This document shows positions 1 through 12,334 of a stretch of DNA of 64,000 bases, piece by piece. Under the pieces are notes generated by a model that did no database searches, had not been told where the DNA came from, and saw only the letters and a list, made by a program, of their open reading frames with translations. Each line of letters begins with the position of its first letter. Positions within the stretch are counted from its first letter, which is position 1. Made by a program: the position numbers and the translations under genes. Source of the stretch: Octopus vulgaris (taxonomy: Eukaryota); the NCBI GenBank assembly GCA_951406725.2, contig OX597826.1, positions 15,066,001-15,130,000 of the forward strand, read 5' to 3'.

Positions 1-37
1 TAAACAACAACACCACCAACTACAACAGCAACAACAG

Positions 38-385
38 TGGAGGCGCAATGTCCCAGTGGTTAGGGCAGCAGACTCGCGGTCAGAGGATCGCGGTTTGATT
101 CCCAGACCGGGCGTTGTGTGTGTTTATTGAGCGAAAACACCTAAAGCTCCACGAGCCTCCGGCAGGGAGTGGTGGCGACCCCTGTTGTACTCTTTCGCTC
201 CAACTTTCTCTCACTCTTTTTTCCTGTTTCTTGTCCCCGACTTCCTACGCTGCCGCTGAGCCTGGATGCGCATTCATCCATGCGTCGATGCTCTCGGTGT
301 TGGGGGTTGACCTGCTTTCTCTTCTGCGGGTCTTACGAATAGTAAAGGACCACGTTTCAGACTTCTCCCGAAGACGGCTTCGCTC
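38..385 (+). mobile_element. tRNA-derived SINE, family A (head GTGGAGGCGCAATGG...), with atypical tail
   Basis: A-box (TGTCCCAGTGG) and B-box (GGTTTGATTCC) head; same head at 937-1252, 3637-3939, 11711 and 43735; flanked by (AAC)n. Confidence 0.8.
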
Positions 386-936
386 AACAAACAGCAACAA
401 GAGTTACATCCACCACGAAACTACTACAGTCAGTTCTAGACCTTACAGCCATTATCACCTTTTATACATACAATACAGCTGTCGTACAAGCAATGACAGT
501 TATAGTCATTCTGTAGGACACCTTATCACTACGTTGGCTTAAGGCTGATAAATCTTAGATAAGCCGGTTATTAGATAAGCTAGCAGGGTAGATAAAAAGA
601 TATTATTACATCATAACATACAATAGAATCTGTAAATAGAAAGGTCAACGAACAATGAATGACCAACATACTGTCCTCATTCACACCGTACCAATATAAG
701 GGTGAGGGTGGACTACACGACTGAGTTATCAGGATGTATTAATGATCTTGCTTAGGTAACCTTGATAAAGTGCCCTGTGAAGTTATCCGAATGTAGACAG
801 TTGTTACAATGTATGAATGTACTGGATATACCCGATGTGTTGTAATACTGGATTTGCATATTTCCTTTGAAGGAATGCTGTGATAGCCAAGAGTCTGAAA
901 GGTGGATTTACCGTACGTGCAGCCTTAATTTCAATA

Positions 937-1252
937 AACGATAAACGTCGCCCTTTTCAAGCCTAGCCAGGCTCATGGGCCCAGTTTCCCGGTTTCTGTG
1001 GCGTATGTGTTCCACCCAGCTGGACGGGACGCCAGTCCATTGCAGCATTACTCAAGAAACATGAAGAGAGAGTGAGAGAAAGTTGTGGCGAAAGAATACA
1101 ACAGGGGTCGTCACCATCCCCTGCCGGAGCCTTGTGGAGCTTTTAGGTGCTTTCACTCAATAAACACACACAACGCCCGGTCTTGGAATCGAAACTGCGA
1201 TCCTCCGACCGCGAGTCCGCTGCCCTAACCGCTGGGCCATTGCGCCTCTACT
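937..1252 (-). mobile_element. tRNA-derived SINE, family A
   Basis: Reverse complement of family A head and tail; 14-bp TSD CCTTAATTTCAATA at 923-936 and 1253-1266. Confidence 0.9.
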
Positions 1253-1279
1253 CCTTAATTTCAATAGCGATTTAAAAAA

Positions 1280-2400
1280 ATCAGTAATATGTTCTTCATT
1301 TTTCACGATATTTTTGGCAACGTTCCACTAGTTTGACATTGCATTGACAATAGAAATCATCGGGCGTTGACTCGAAGAATTCTTGGCGCCACGTTATCAG
1401 CCCCACATCGTTAAACGAAACGTCCCGTTGGCGGTTGGAAAGCGAGCAAAATTGATAATAATCTAAAGGTGGATATAGTGAAACTTCCCAACTAAGCTCT
1501 TGAATACGGTTTTGGTCCAAAATCTTCAAAGCCACAGTCGAACCAATTCTACTATGTGGCTCAGAAACCTGGACGTTATCAAAAAAGCTAGAGAGGCGGT
1601 TGGATGGAACTTACACTCGCCTCCTTATGAGAGCTCAAAATCTCTCGTGGAAGCGTCATCCAACCAAAGTACAAATATATGAGAAATTACTACCTGTATC
1701 ATCTCTTGTGAAAGGTAGAAGAGTCCAGTTTGTTGGACATTGTTGTAGAGCTGAAAACGAGGTAATTTCTACTCTTCTCCTCTGGAAGCCATCTGCTCGC
1801 GATACCAGAGGGCGCACACTCTCCTACCCTGATGTAATCTCCAGGGATACAAGCATCCAGCAAAAGGACATCCGTAATGCTATAATGGACCGTGAGGTCT
1901 GGCGTAACATAGTAAATTCCATTGTCTCGACCACGGTCGAACGATGATGATGATTTGGTCCAATTAGCGATGTAGGGAGAAGAGTTGTGTTGAAGGAGTA
2001 CGCCTTATCGCTGATCGGACGATTCACACATATTGGCCTTCGAATGAAGGTGACGGGCATCGGTTTCATGAGGGCATTCAATCTGCTGGGCCAATTCTAT
2101 AATGGACTGGTATGGATCCTCGTGGTCAAGCTTGTTCAATCGATCTTCATTGAACGAAACAAGTCAGCCGGAGCGCAGAGAGTGCGTGATCTTAAAATCC
2201 TCATCCTTGAGGCTTGAAAACCATTTCTGTGCCTTTTATGTTTTTTAAACAGTTGTAGCGCTTCCCCTATACTAAGCACAAATGTCTCGAGCAGCTTTGG
2301 AACAGAAGCAGACGTCGAAAATTCTCATTCATTTCTACTGGGTACTCCATTGTCATATACCTGAAAAGAAGTAAAATATGTACGAGTTCAAATAACAATC
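1280..2400 (-). mobile_element. Degenerate mariner transposon remnant, interrupted by a LINE
   Basis: Minus-strand ELSWEVSLYPPLDYYQFCSLSN...FFES resembles a mariner C-terminus; 2120-2300 matches the 29330-29500 copy. Confidence 0.7.
1521..1953 (+). mobile_element. 5'-truncated RTE-clade LINE 3' end
   Basis: Frame ...LLCGSETWTL...RRVQFVGHCCR...MDREVWR; (GAT)n tail; 10-bp TSD TTTGGTCCAA at 1511-1520 and 1954-1963. Confidence 0.85.
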
Positions 2401-2544
2401 AAGTACATAAAAAATCTAAATGCAGTAACCATATTATAATTTAGTACAAGAGGCAGCGAGGAAGGTTCTACGTGGAGACCAAATATGTTTGAAATAACCA
2501 CCGAATCATCTTCAAATCAGACATTAACTTCTTAAATAAGGAAA

Positions 2545-2626
2545 GGGCCCTTCAAATTCATACCCCAACATGATCGCAGCCCGATGACTAGGACATTCAG
2601 CAGAATAACGGAATAAATCAATACAA

Positions 2627-2712
<86 letters not shown>

Positions 2713-2735
2713 ACATACACAGGGTGCGATGGGTA
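2545..2735 (+). repeat. Direct duplicate of 5007-5187 including (CA)n
   Basis: Near-identical GGGCCCTTCAAATTC...(CA)n...CAGGGTGCGATGGGTA in both places. Confidence 0.9.
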
Positions 2736-3019
2736 GTTGTATTCATATATATCACCCCCAAAAGATGGAATAGTCATGGTCGGAATGGTTGAATTGTAGG
2801 TCTGCTCGATTAAGGAGGACTTTGAGGTCAACAGCCATAACTATATGTTTAAAAAGTTCACCTGTTCATATGGTTCGTGCTTCCATTTCAGTGCGCAGCA
2901 TTTTGGTTAAATGTCTTGAACCACAGACTCGAAGGGACCAATATTTCTTGAATGGAATTTTGGAGACGGAAGAATGCTGTGTGTATGTGTGAGTGTGTAT
3001 GCGAACGAGCGTATTAATT

Positions 3020-3510
3020 CTTTTATTTTTTATTTATTTCAGTCATTAGACTGCAGTCATGCTGGGGTACAGCCTTGGAGGGTTTAGTAAAACAAATCGA
3101 ACACAGTATTATGATTTTATAAACCTGGTACTTATTTTATCGGTCAATTTGCCGAACTGCTAAGTAATGGAGAGGTAAGCAAAGACACATCAGTTGTTAA
3201 GCGTTTGTTGGGGACAAACACAAGCATGAAAATACGTACACATACGCGCACGCAATCACACACAGACTGAGAGACACAGACACAGGCGCATGCACACACA
3301 CAGACAAAAACTTTCACACACACTCACACGTACACACACAAACACTCACACACGCACACACATGATGGGCTTATTTTAGTTTTCGTCTAACAAATACAAG
3401 GCTTTTGTCCGTCCGGTGCCATAGAAGACGCACGCCCAAAGTTCCACGCTGTGGGACCGAACTCGGAAGCGTATGGTTGAACACTAAACTTCTTACCACA
3501 CAGCTATCCT
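3020..3510 (-). mobile_element. Degenerate tRNA-derived SINE, family B
   Basis: Diverged match to family B blocks (CAGTCAT..GACTGC, CTTCTTACCACACAGC). Confidence 0.7.
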
Positions 3511-3636
3511 TTGAAAACCGAAAATATCACTGCTTTCCGAACGAAGTTCTTTAAGATACTTGCTTTACGTCAAGTTACAAAACTTTTTCACACGTCTCAA
3601 TGTCAAAAATGCAGGGGCACAGTGATTAGTCCAATG

Positions 3637-3939
3637 TTGTTGTTCCTTCTTGAGCCATGCGTGACTCATAAGGGCCGATTTCCCGGTTTCCTTGGCGTAT
3701 AGGTTCCCCACCTGGACGGGACGCCGGTCCGTCGCAGGTGAGCTGCAAGATGCAGGAGGAAAGAGTGAGAGAAAGTTGTGGCGAAAGAGTCAGCAGAAGT
3801 TCGCCATTACCTTCTGCCGGAGCCGCGTGGAACTTAGGTGTTTCGCTCATAAACACACACATCGCCCGGTCTGAGTTTCGAACCCGCGATCCCTCGACCG
3901 CGAGTCCGCTACTCTAACCACTAGGACATGTGCCTCCAC
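3637..3939 (-). mobile_element. tRNA-derived SINE, family A
   Basis: Family A head; 14-bp TSD TGATTAGTCCAATG at 3623-3636 and 3940-3953. Confidence 0.9.
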
Positions 3940-4015
3940 TGATTAGTCCAATGGGAACCTTCGAATAACTACAACAAAAGGAATTCAAAGTGAAGGATAT
4001 ATCAATCTTTTACTG

Positions 4016-4280
4016 CAGTGGTCCTCATCCATGGTCCGTATGACCTTTGGGGCTCCAATATAAGATTTTGTTGTTAAAATTTATCTGCAATGAATTGCTT
4101 ATACTTTTACAATACACAAAATATTTTAGCAATTTTCTTAATACAATTTCTAATGATATTTAACAATAAAAATATAATGGAATTTTTCAAACATTGAATG
4201 GCTATGGGGGCCCAGTAGAGTAAAAACAGGAACCAAAGGGCGACCGTGTCCGTAGGTTAAAAATGATTAAGAGACATTAG
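4016..4280. mobile_element. Old hAT-like MITE
   Basis: Starts CAGTGGTCCTCA and ends with a degenerate complement (TTAAGAGACATTAG), resembling hAT CAGTGGTTCTCAA termini. Confidence 0.4.
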
Positions 4281-4646
4281 TTTACTATATATTTATTTAT
4301 ATAGTTAACTAAAGAAAGTTAAGTATATAAAGATAGGTTTACTATATAAAGTTAAATATAGTTGCATAAATCAGGTTTATCACACAAACGTTAAGTTGAC
4401 TAACATTACTTTTGTATATAGCTAACAATCTATAATTTAGTACATTTACACTAAATTCCAGTTAGTTCGTAAAAAGTGAAGAACCTCTTAAAATTTATCA
4501 GCTGTCGCCTTATGACACTTTACTGAGTCTGTAATTTTTTATTATATTTTGTATAAGTGCATGATTAGGTCTGCGGTTATATACATAAATACATACATAC
4601 ATACATACATACAAATGTGTGAGTATGCGGAGGTGGGTGAGTATAG

Positions 4647-4700
<54 letters not shown>

Positions 4701-5082
4701 GTGCAGGCATAGCTGTGTGCTGTAGACATTTGCTTCCTATTTAATCCCACTGGGCGATGCCTCGGCCAAATGTCTTCTAGTACATAGTTCCAGATCGACT
4801 AATGCCTTCTGAAGGAATTTGGTGGATGGAAACCTTGTAGAAGCCCGTTATGTATCTATATATGTGTGTATATGGATGCTTAGATTTTTGTATGTCGCCT
4901 CAAGATTCGCTTGCAGTGCTGCCTTGGTTACGTGCCCATAACTTAGAGGTTCAACAAAAGAAACGAATAGAATGAGTACCAGAATTCTGAGATCAATTTG
5001 ATCATTGGGCCCTTCAAATTCATACCCCAACATGATCGCAGCCCGATGACTAGGGTATTCAGCAGAATAACGGAATAAATCA

Positions 5083-5145
<63 letters not shown>

Positions 5146-5171
5146 TACACACACACATACACTTACATACA

Positions 5172-5994
5172 CAGGGTGCGATGGGTAAATTGTCGTCATT
5201 TTATATCTTTTACTTCACACATGCGCATTGTTTATTTCTGATTTTGTAAACTACACAGTATGGTAGGGTCCATTGAATACCGTCTGTGAGAAAAACAGCA
5301 CCATGACGCAATTCACTCAGCCAGAAATTTGGAAACGACATGCCCTACTGGTTGGCATTCGCGCATGACGCTCCGATACGATTATTTCAATGTGCTTGAG
5401 TGTCAATCTGGGGACAGTTCAATCTGAGAACATGTACTGAGAGTGATAAAAATCAAACATCCAGACAAGATCATGGTGTTTAGAGTGATCACTAGCGATG
5501 GCAACGTTACGCCTCCATTTATCTTTCCATACGGCCTCAGACTCAACACGGAGGCCTATATCAAGTACCTGGAGAAGGTAGAGCTGCCATCGGTAAAGTA
5601 GATGGCAGCTGGCAAAGGACTCTGCACCATGCCTCTGCGACGACATCACCCCTAATATATGTCCACCTAACTTCCCAGTCTGCAACCCCCTTGATTATTA
5701 CGTGTGGGGCGCAGTCGAGCGGGAGACCAACAAAACTCCTTGTAACAGCAAAGATAAACTAAAGGCAAGAATAATGACAGGTTAAACAAGGAGACTGTCC
5801 AGAACAGCTGCAGGAGATTCCGAGGTCGTTTGGAGGCTGTGGATGGAGCCAATGGTGTTTTTATTGAATAAATTTAGTCTTTAATATTTCAAGATATTTC
5901 TATGTAATTTTGGTAAATATATCAGTAAAAATGAGGTATCAGTGTTATTTTCATTTTTGCATAACTTAGACGACAGTTTATTCCTCGCCTCTTG
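5172..5994 (+). mobile_element. Internally deleted Tc1/mariner element (maT/DD37D-like)
   Basis: Imperfect ~26-bp TIRs (CAGGGTGCGATGGGTAAATTGTCGTC); transposase remnants KIMVFRVITSDG, DSAPC, PPNFPVCNPLDYYVWG. Confidence 0.75.
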
Positions 5995-6131
5995 TATATA
6001 TATATATATATATATATATTCTCTGAAGATCCTACTACAGTAGATGCAAGCGCTAATATATGATTTATAAAAACATGTGACATATTAATAAAATGTACAA
6101 CCATCCAGATTTCTGAGTACCTTATGTTTTC

Positions 6132-6176
<45 letters not shown>

Positions 6177-6259
6177 CACATACACACACATACACACATA
6201 CATACATACACACACACACACACACGCACACACACACACACACATATATATACATATAT

Positions 6260-6663
6260 AGGCGCAGGAGTGGCTGTGTGGTAAGAAGCTTGCTCTCCAA
6301 CGACATGGTTCCGAGTTCCGCCCCATTGCGTGGCACCTCGGGCAAGTGTCTTCTATAGCCTCGGGCCGACTAATGTCTTGTGAGTAGATTTGATTGACGG
6401 AAACTGAAAGAAGCCGGTCGTATGTATGTGTGTGTGTGTGGGGGGGTTGTTTGGATGGATATATGTGTGTTTGACCCACGCATCATCGCTTGACAACCGA
6501 TGTTGGTGTGTTTACGTCGCCGTAAATTAGCGGTTCAGCAAAAGGAACCGACAGAATAAGTACTAGGCTTACAAGAATAAGTCCTGGGGGCGATTTCTTC
6601 GACCAAAGTCGGTGCTCCAGCATGGTCACAACTAAGTGACTGAAACAAGTAAAAGAGTAAAGA
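6260..6663 (+). mobile_element. tRNA-derived SINE, family B (GGCGCAGGAGTGGCTGTGTGGTAAG...), full length
   Basis: A and B boxes, CORE-like GGCACCTCGGGCAAGTG block, internal (TG)n, AAAAGAGT tail; >12 copies in window. Confidence 0.9.
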
Positions 6664-7780
6664 ATATATATATATATATATATTCATGTATGTGCGTGCT
6701 TACTTGGGCTTACATGAGGAGATTATTACCAACACAACAACACACACACACACACACACACACACACGCGTGCGCGCGCGCGCACTCCCTCTCGCCCTCT
6801 CTCACACACTCTCCTCTCTTTCTCTTAAACACACCTACACATACAAACACAAACAAACGTTTGACCATATAAAACCCGCACCAGGAACGACGCTATGTTA
6901 CCAGGTGTGGCCTGTAGTCACCACCACCACCACTAACACCATCAGAACCACAACAACAAACACCACCACAACAACAAACATAACGCCACAGCAACAAACA
7001 CTACCACCACAACAAAAAGCACCAACCCCTACTACCCCCGTCACCATCATCGCAGTCATTACCAATATCACAACAAACCACCACACCCATCGAACTTATC
7101 ACGACTATTACTACCCACCACCACCACCACCACCACCACCTGTACATTAAACATACTACCACCATCACCACTACTCCCCAACCATAAACACTATTAACTA
7201 CGATACTGATTTTTACTGTATACGTATTATTGTTGTTTACAACCCTCTCTTAAATATCGATCTTTAAATATGGAATTGAAGCGGTGTCTGTGAGCCCTTT
7301 CTGAGCTACACACACAGACAAGTACGCAAACACACACACACGTGTGCACGCTTGCATATTCACATGTTCATTTGTGAAACACAAACACATGTCCTGCACG
7401 GTAATCTTGCGTAATTATATCTACGTGTGTTTGTGCACGTGTGTTTTGTTCTTATATCGACGTGTGTTTGTTCTTAGAAATATATGAAGGGTTTGATATG
7501 ACATGCAATGGCTGTGATTTGTAGCAAGTTGAGCGACTCATTAGGGTCTCGGTCGTTGTCTCGAAATCCACCTGACTTAGAGCCCTAGCTCTAGGCCAGC
7601 CAGGGGCAAAATACAGCAAGCCAACGAAATATTACTTTGAATTTCTTTTAGTTGTGCATCTCGCTTGATGATGACATATGTCTCATGCGGCCCGCTTCTC
7701 GAAATAAGTTGCCCATGTCTGCTCAAAGCAAACACTGAATGTTATTCATAAATAATTTCTATAACAGTCCCTAACTTAGT

Positions 7781-8110
7781 TACGGGCTCTCCGTCGGTTA
7801 CAACGACGAGTGTTCCAGTTGATCCGATTAACATAACAGCTTGCTTAGGAAATTAACTTGCAAGTGGCTGAGCACTCCGCAGACACGCGTACCATAATAT
7901 AGTTCTCAGGGAGATTCAGCGTGTCACAGAGTGTGACAGCGCTGGCCCTTTGTATTACAAGTGCAACTCAGCTGGCAACTTTTGCCAGCTGAGTGGAGTG
8001 GAGTAACGTGAAGTAAAGTGTCTTGCTCAAGAATACAACGCGCTGTGAGGAATCGAATTCACGACATTACCATCGTAAGCCAAACACTGCAACTACTAAG
8101 ACACGCTAAC
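7781..8110 (-). mobile_element. Degenerate tRNA-derived SINE sharing its body with 11900-12010 and 48340-48415
   Basis: B-box GAATTCGATTCC; shared AAGGGCCAGC...TGTCAC...GCTGAATCTCC...GCTCAGCCACTTGCA body. Confidence 0.7.
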
Positions 8111-8399
8111 TCAAGCAGGTCTAAAGAACATCCCTGCCGCACCCTCTCACGGTTAATCGAATTAACTATTTCAAATTCTGGTTCCTTTCCAACAGAAACG
8201 CAAATTTACAAAAGGGATGGTATGTATCCTCTTGCTCCGATAATAAATACGAAGCTGGAAGTGTACCTTTCGTACTGGATTCTCAACAGTTCTCGACAGT
8301 GGTCCATAGATATTTGCTTTCTCTTGTATTTGCCTGACCACATTCAGAGGGTAGCTGTTTTCTATAACTGTGCAAAAGTATGCATGTATGTATGTATAT

Positions 8400-9885
8400 T
8401 ATTATTTACATTGGACGGATATGTGTCCTCATCTTGTTTGTTGTTGCCACAACGTTTCAGCTTTCATCAAGTGTCCTGGTAGAATTTTGAACCAAACCAT
8501 GGGTTCTCATTCCTAATATATTTTTTGCTGATATTATTATTATTGCGAACTTGCAATCTTGGGGTTAGCAGCCTGCGCTCTTAACCATTACGCTATATGC
8601 CCGTGGGCAATTATAGAGCAAATTTTAGGGCTTATAAACTTAATGTTTTCTATCTTTTATTAATACTGGTCCTCATATTCTACTCATATCTGCACTAGGT
8701 CCTAGTATTTTCCAGTGGTGTTCTCTGTCTATTATTTTAACTTCACCCTACAGGGAAAGGTGGTCTCTGTTTTGCCATACACGATCAGATGTACCCGATT
8801 TTTCAACATCTCCTCGTGTTACAGCTTTACGATGTTCCTCTACCCTTATGTTGAGTGGGCGGCATGCTTCGCCTTTGTATAACCTACCCCAACTGCATGG
8901 AATGGAGTACACGTAGTCTTTGGTCATATTCTCTTGTATTGGTGATTCTACTCGAAGGAGATATTTGCGAAGTGTTGTATTACTCTTGCATACCGTCCTA
9001 ATGTCATATGGACCGCGTATCGTTTGTATTTTTTCCGAGAGGTCTTTCACATAGGGTAGATAGACTGTGGTCAGTTTATAGGTATAATCTTCTCTCCTCT
9101 TCTTAATTGGAGTGGATTGTATGTTTTTTGGGTAGTTGTTACTTAATAGATTATTTCTTAGCTTGATCATTTCAGGATCGCCACTTAGATTCATTGCACG
9201 ATGTTTTAGGCACTGAGCAATCCCTCTCTTTACAGTGTACGGAAGGTGGGAACTGAAGTTGAGTTATCGTCCAGTGACGGTTGGCTTGCGGTATACGGAT
9301 GTCATGAACCCATGCTTAGTGCATGTTATTAATGCATCCAGGAATGTTAGCTGATTGTCTTTTTCCTTTTCCATTATGAACTGTATGGATGGCTTTATTG
9401 AGTTCACATTACCTAGCAGTTCTTGGGTATCTTCCTGGTGGGGCCAGAGTATAAAGGTGTCATCAACGTATCTAAGCCATAAGGTTGGCTTTAGTGTTGT
9501 TGATCCTAAAGCCAAATTCTCAAAGTATTCCATGTATATATTGGCAGTACTGATGATAATGGTGAACCCATAGCTAAACCCTCATCCTGTCGATATTTCT
9601 CAGTATCTAATCTGAAGTAGGTAGTTTCTACACAGAAGGTCAACATTTCCATCAAGTTTCCTATTGGTATACTAGTGCGTTCTTCTAGATGGGTGTCTGT
9701 CACTAGTTTTTCTTGAATCACCGATAGTGCTTCATCAGTTGGGACTTTGGTGAACAGACTTATCACATCTAGACTTACCATCTGGTTGGACCCAATGGGA
9801 CTTTCCTTGATCAATTCTATGAAGTGGGAAGAATTTTTCACATATGAAGTTAACTTACCTGCTAGTGGACTGATTATATCCACAA
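8400..9885 (-). mobile_element. Penelope-like element remnant: RT + C-terminal GIY-YIG endonuclease (frameshifted) + 3' pseudo-LTR
   Basis: RT motifs SLDVISLFTKVP, GLAMGSPLS, LRYVDDTF, LTFLD, VYRKPT; GIY-YIG YVYSIPC...YKGE...R.EEH; tail with tRNA-like head and hammerhead remnant. Confidence 0.93.
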
Positions 9886-10329
9886 GAAAGCGGCTCAGTG
9901 AATCACATGCCTATATCAGTGATTACCAAACAGTGTGCTGTAAGATGTTGCGGAGTGCGCCGCGAAAATAATGACATATTTAAAGATATGACAAATACAA
10001 TCAGATATTCTAAAATTACATCTTCATATCATACTATATATACTTGTAAATATATGGTAATTCAAAACCGTCTAAGGATGGTCGTGCACATCTTTACATT
10101 TCCCCAGTCACCCCGCAAAGCTATTAATAAAATCAATAGAAATTTTTGTGAATTTTCTATCCAAAACCCAATCAAAATACTCGAAACTTGATACGCTAAT
10201 TGAAAGCCAGCTAGCTGTATATGTGATTGGTCAGAGATTTGGACAGTACTCGCATGTATGTGCGCACGCACGCAGCTGTATATGCATGCACTAGCACTAT
10301 GACCCGGCGTTACCGGGTCATAGTGCTGG
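9886..10329 (+). mobile_element. Non-autonomous Helitron 3' portion
   Basis: Terminal hairpin CTAGCACTATGACCCGG-CGTTA-CCGGGTCATAGTGCTGG ending in CTRR; same end at 60902-60935. Confidence 0.6.
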
Positions 10330-10438
10330 TCTTACATATAAGTCCAAACAAAAATCTTACCAAAAACAAAGTAGCTAATGTTTTATTGGTAATTCATTGC
10401 TAAATATACTTTATTCATTTAATTAATGATTTACTGCA

Positions 10439-10543
10439 ATTTAAATTATTCATATTTAAATTATTCATATTTAAATTATTCATATTTAAATTATTCATAT
10501 TTAAATTATTCATATTTAAATTATTCATATTTAAATTATTCAT
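10439..10543. repeat. 15-bp minisatellite (ATTTAAATTATTCAT)x7
   Basis: Perfect tandem copies. Confidence 0.95.
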
Positions 10544-10693
10544 AATATACCTTTTAACTATATCGATTAATTTTATGCATAATGTGCGCTAAAATATTTT
10601 TCTTTCCTTGAAAGTGGAACATGAGTAAAAAATTGTTTAGGATCTACTTTTATATGCCAGGGTTTAGTGAAATGACATAGATACATAAATAAA

Positions 10694-11619
10694 TGGAGTT
10701 GAACGCAGGTGTTATTCAAATCTTTATACTTCCGACATATGTTTCGAAGAAAACATTGGTATTATTCCAGAAGGAATAAAATGATGTAAAACAATGCAAT
10801 CTTCTCATCAGGGGAAAAAAAGAAACAAAACGCATCAATAAGACATTTTAACCGAATGCTATTACTGCATATATGGTGAATGGAATGCTGGTAAGTTATA
10901 AAAAAAAAACGTTAATAGATATAACGTCAAATATAATTTATAGAAAGAGAAGAAGGAAGAAGAAAAAAATTAGCAGAAAACTAAGAATGGAGAAATATAA
11001 TGGGATAGATGAATAGGAATAAAGATTAAAGGCGTGGAAATAGTTATATTTTATGGAATCGAAATGTATGAAGACAGTTAAAGGTCGAATTTTATACACT
11101 GGTAAAAATTACTTCTAGGAACTAACGCCATGTTTTTGCCAATGTTTGCAACGTAAACACGTTCTTTAAACGTGTTTACAAGAGGATTCTTTGAGAACAG
11201 GATGAAATACAGTTCATCGTTACAGAGCGAACAAAAATATTTACCTTTATCATAACGAAAGGACCTAGATAGACTATTCCATTCCAAATTAAATTGTTTA
11301 TTATGTTCCTTTAGAAACCAAATTAATTTACTAAGCCCAGTATTGTTGGGTTTATGGATATGTCTTTCTATAAATTACATTTGATGATATATCTATTTAC
11401 GGTTTTAATTTTAAAATAACTTACCAGCGTTCCCTTCATCGTATATGCAGTGATCACATTCGATTAAAATGTCTTATTGATGCGTTTTGTTTCTTTTTCT
11501 CCCTGATGAGAAGATTGCATTGTTTTACATCGTTTTATTCCTTCTGGAATAATACCAATGTTTTCTTCGAAACATATGTCAGAAGTATAAAGATTTGAAT
11601 AACACCTGCGTTTAACTTC

Positions 11620-11620
<1 letters not shown>
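10694..11620 (-). mobile_element. PLE 3' fragment with inverted pseudo-LTRs
   Basis: ~255-bp inverted repeat (10694-10948 / 11363-11620) around TGLSKLIWFLKE..LEW..Y..CSLC..E (PLE endonuclease C-terminus); hammerhead in each arm. Confidence 0.8.
11497..11585 (+). ncRNA. Type I hammerhead ribozyme motif (mirror copy at 10727-10815 on minus strand)
   Basis: CUGAUGA, stem II GAAGA/UCUUC, GAAA, palindromic ACAUAUGU, GUC; stem I imperfect. Confidence 0.7.
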
Positions 11621-11703
<83 letters not shown>

Positions 11704-11710
11704 GTGTGTG

Positions 11711-12210
11711 TGGAGGCGCAATGGTCCAGTGGTTAGGGCAGCGGACTTGCGGTCGTAGGATCGCGGTTTCGATTCCCAGGCCGGGTAATGAGAGTGTTTA
11801 TTGAGCAAAAACACCTAAAGGTCCACGAGGCCCCGGCAGGGGGGTAGGTGAACCCTGCTGTATCCTTTCACCACAACTTTCTCTCAGTCTTTCTTCCTGT
11901 TTCTGTTGTACCTGTATTTCAAAGGGCCAGCCTTGTCACACTGTGTCATGCTGAATCTCCCCGAGGGTACATGTGTCTGTGGCGTGCTCAGCCACTTGCA
12001 CGTTAATAAATGAGCTGCGTCGTCACTGGTGCCAAGCTGTATCGGCCTTTGCCTTTCCCTTGGATAACACTGGTTGCGTAGAGAGGAGAGGCTGGTATGC
12101 GTGGGCGACTAGTGGTTTTCCATAAACAACCTTGCCCGGGTTGTTTACATGTGTCTGGGAGGGTAACTTTCTAGGTGCAATCCCATGGTCATTCATGACC
12201 GAAGGGGGTC
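11711..12210 (+). mobile_element. tRNA-derived SINE, family A head with long alternative tail
   Basis: A-box TGGTCCAGTGG, B-box GGTTTCGATTCC; tail differs from 937 and 43735 copies. Confidence 0.85.
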
Positions 12211-12244
12211 ACAATATATATATATATACATATAATATTCTAAG

Positions 12245-12334
<90 letters not shown>

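Noticed and set aside
6686-7190. Thr/Pro-rich mucin-like ORF
   Set aside because: Degenerate (ACC/AAC)n low-complexity sequence with no splice or codon support.
10439-10543. Regular short repeats, CRISPR-like at first sight
   Set aside because: No spacers; simple minisatellite in a eukaryotic context.
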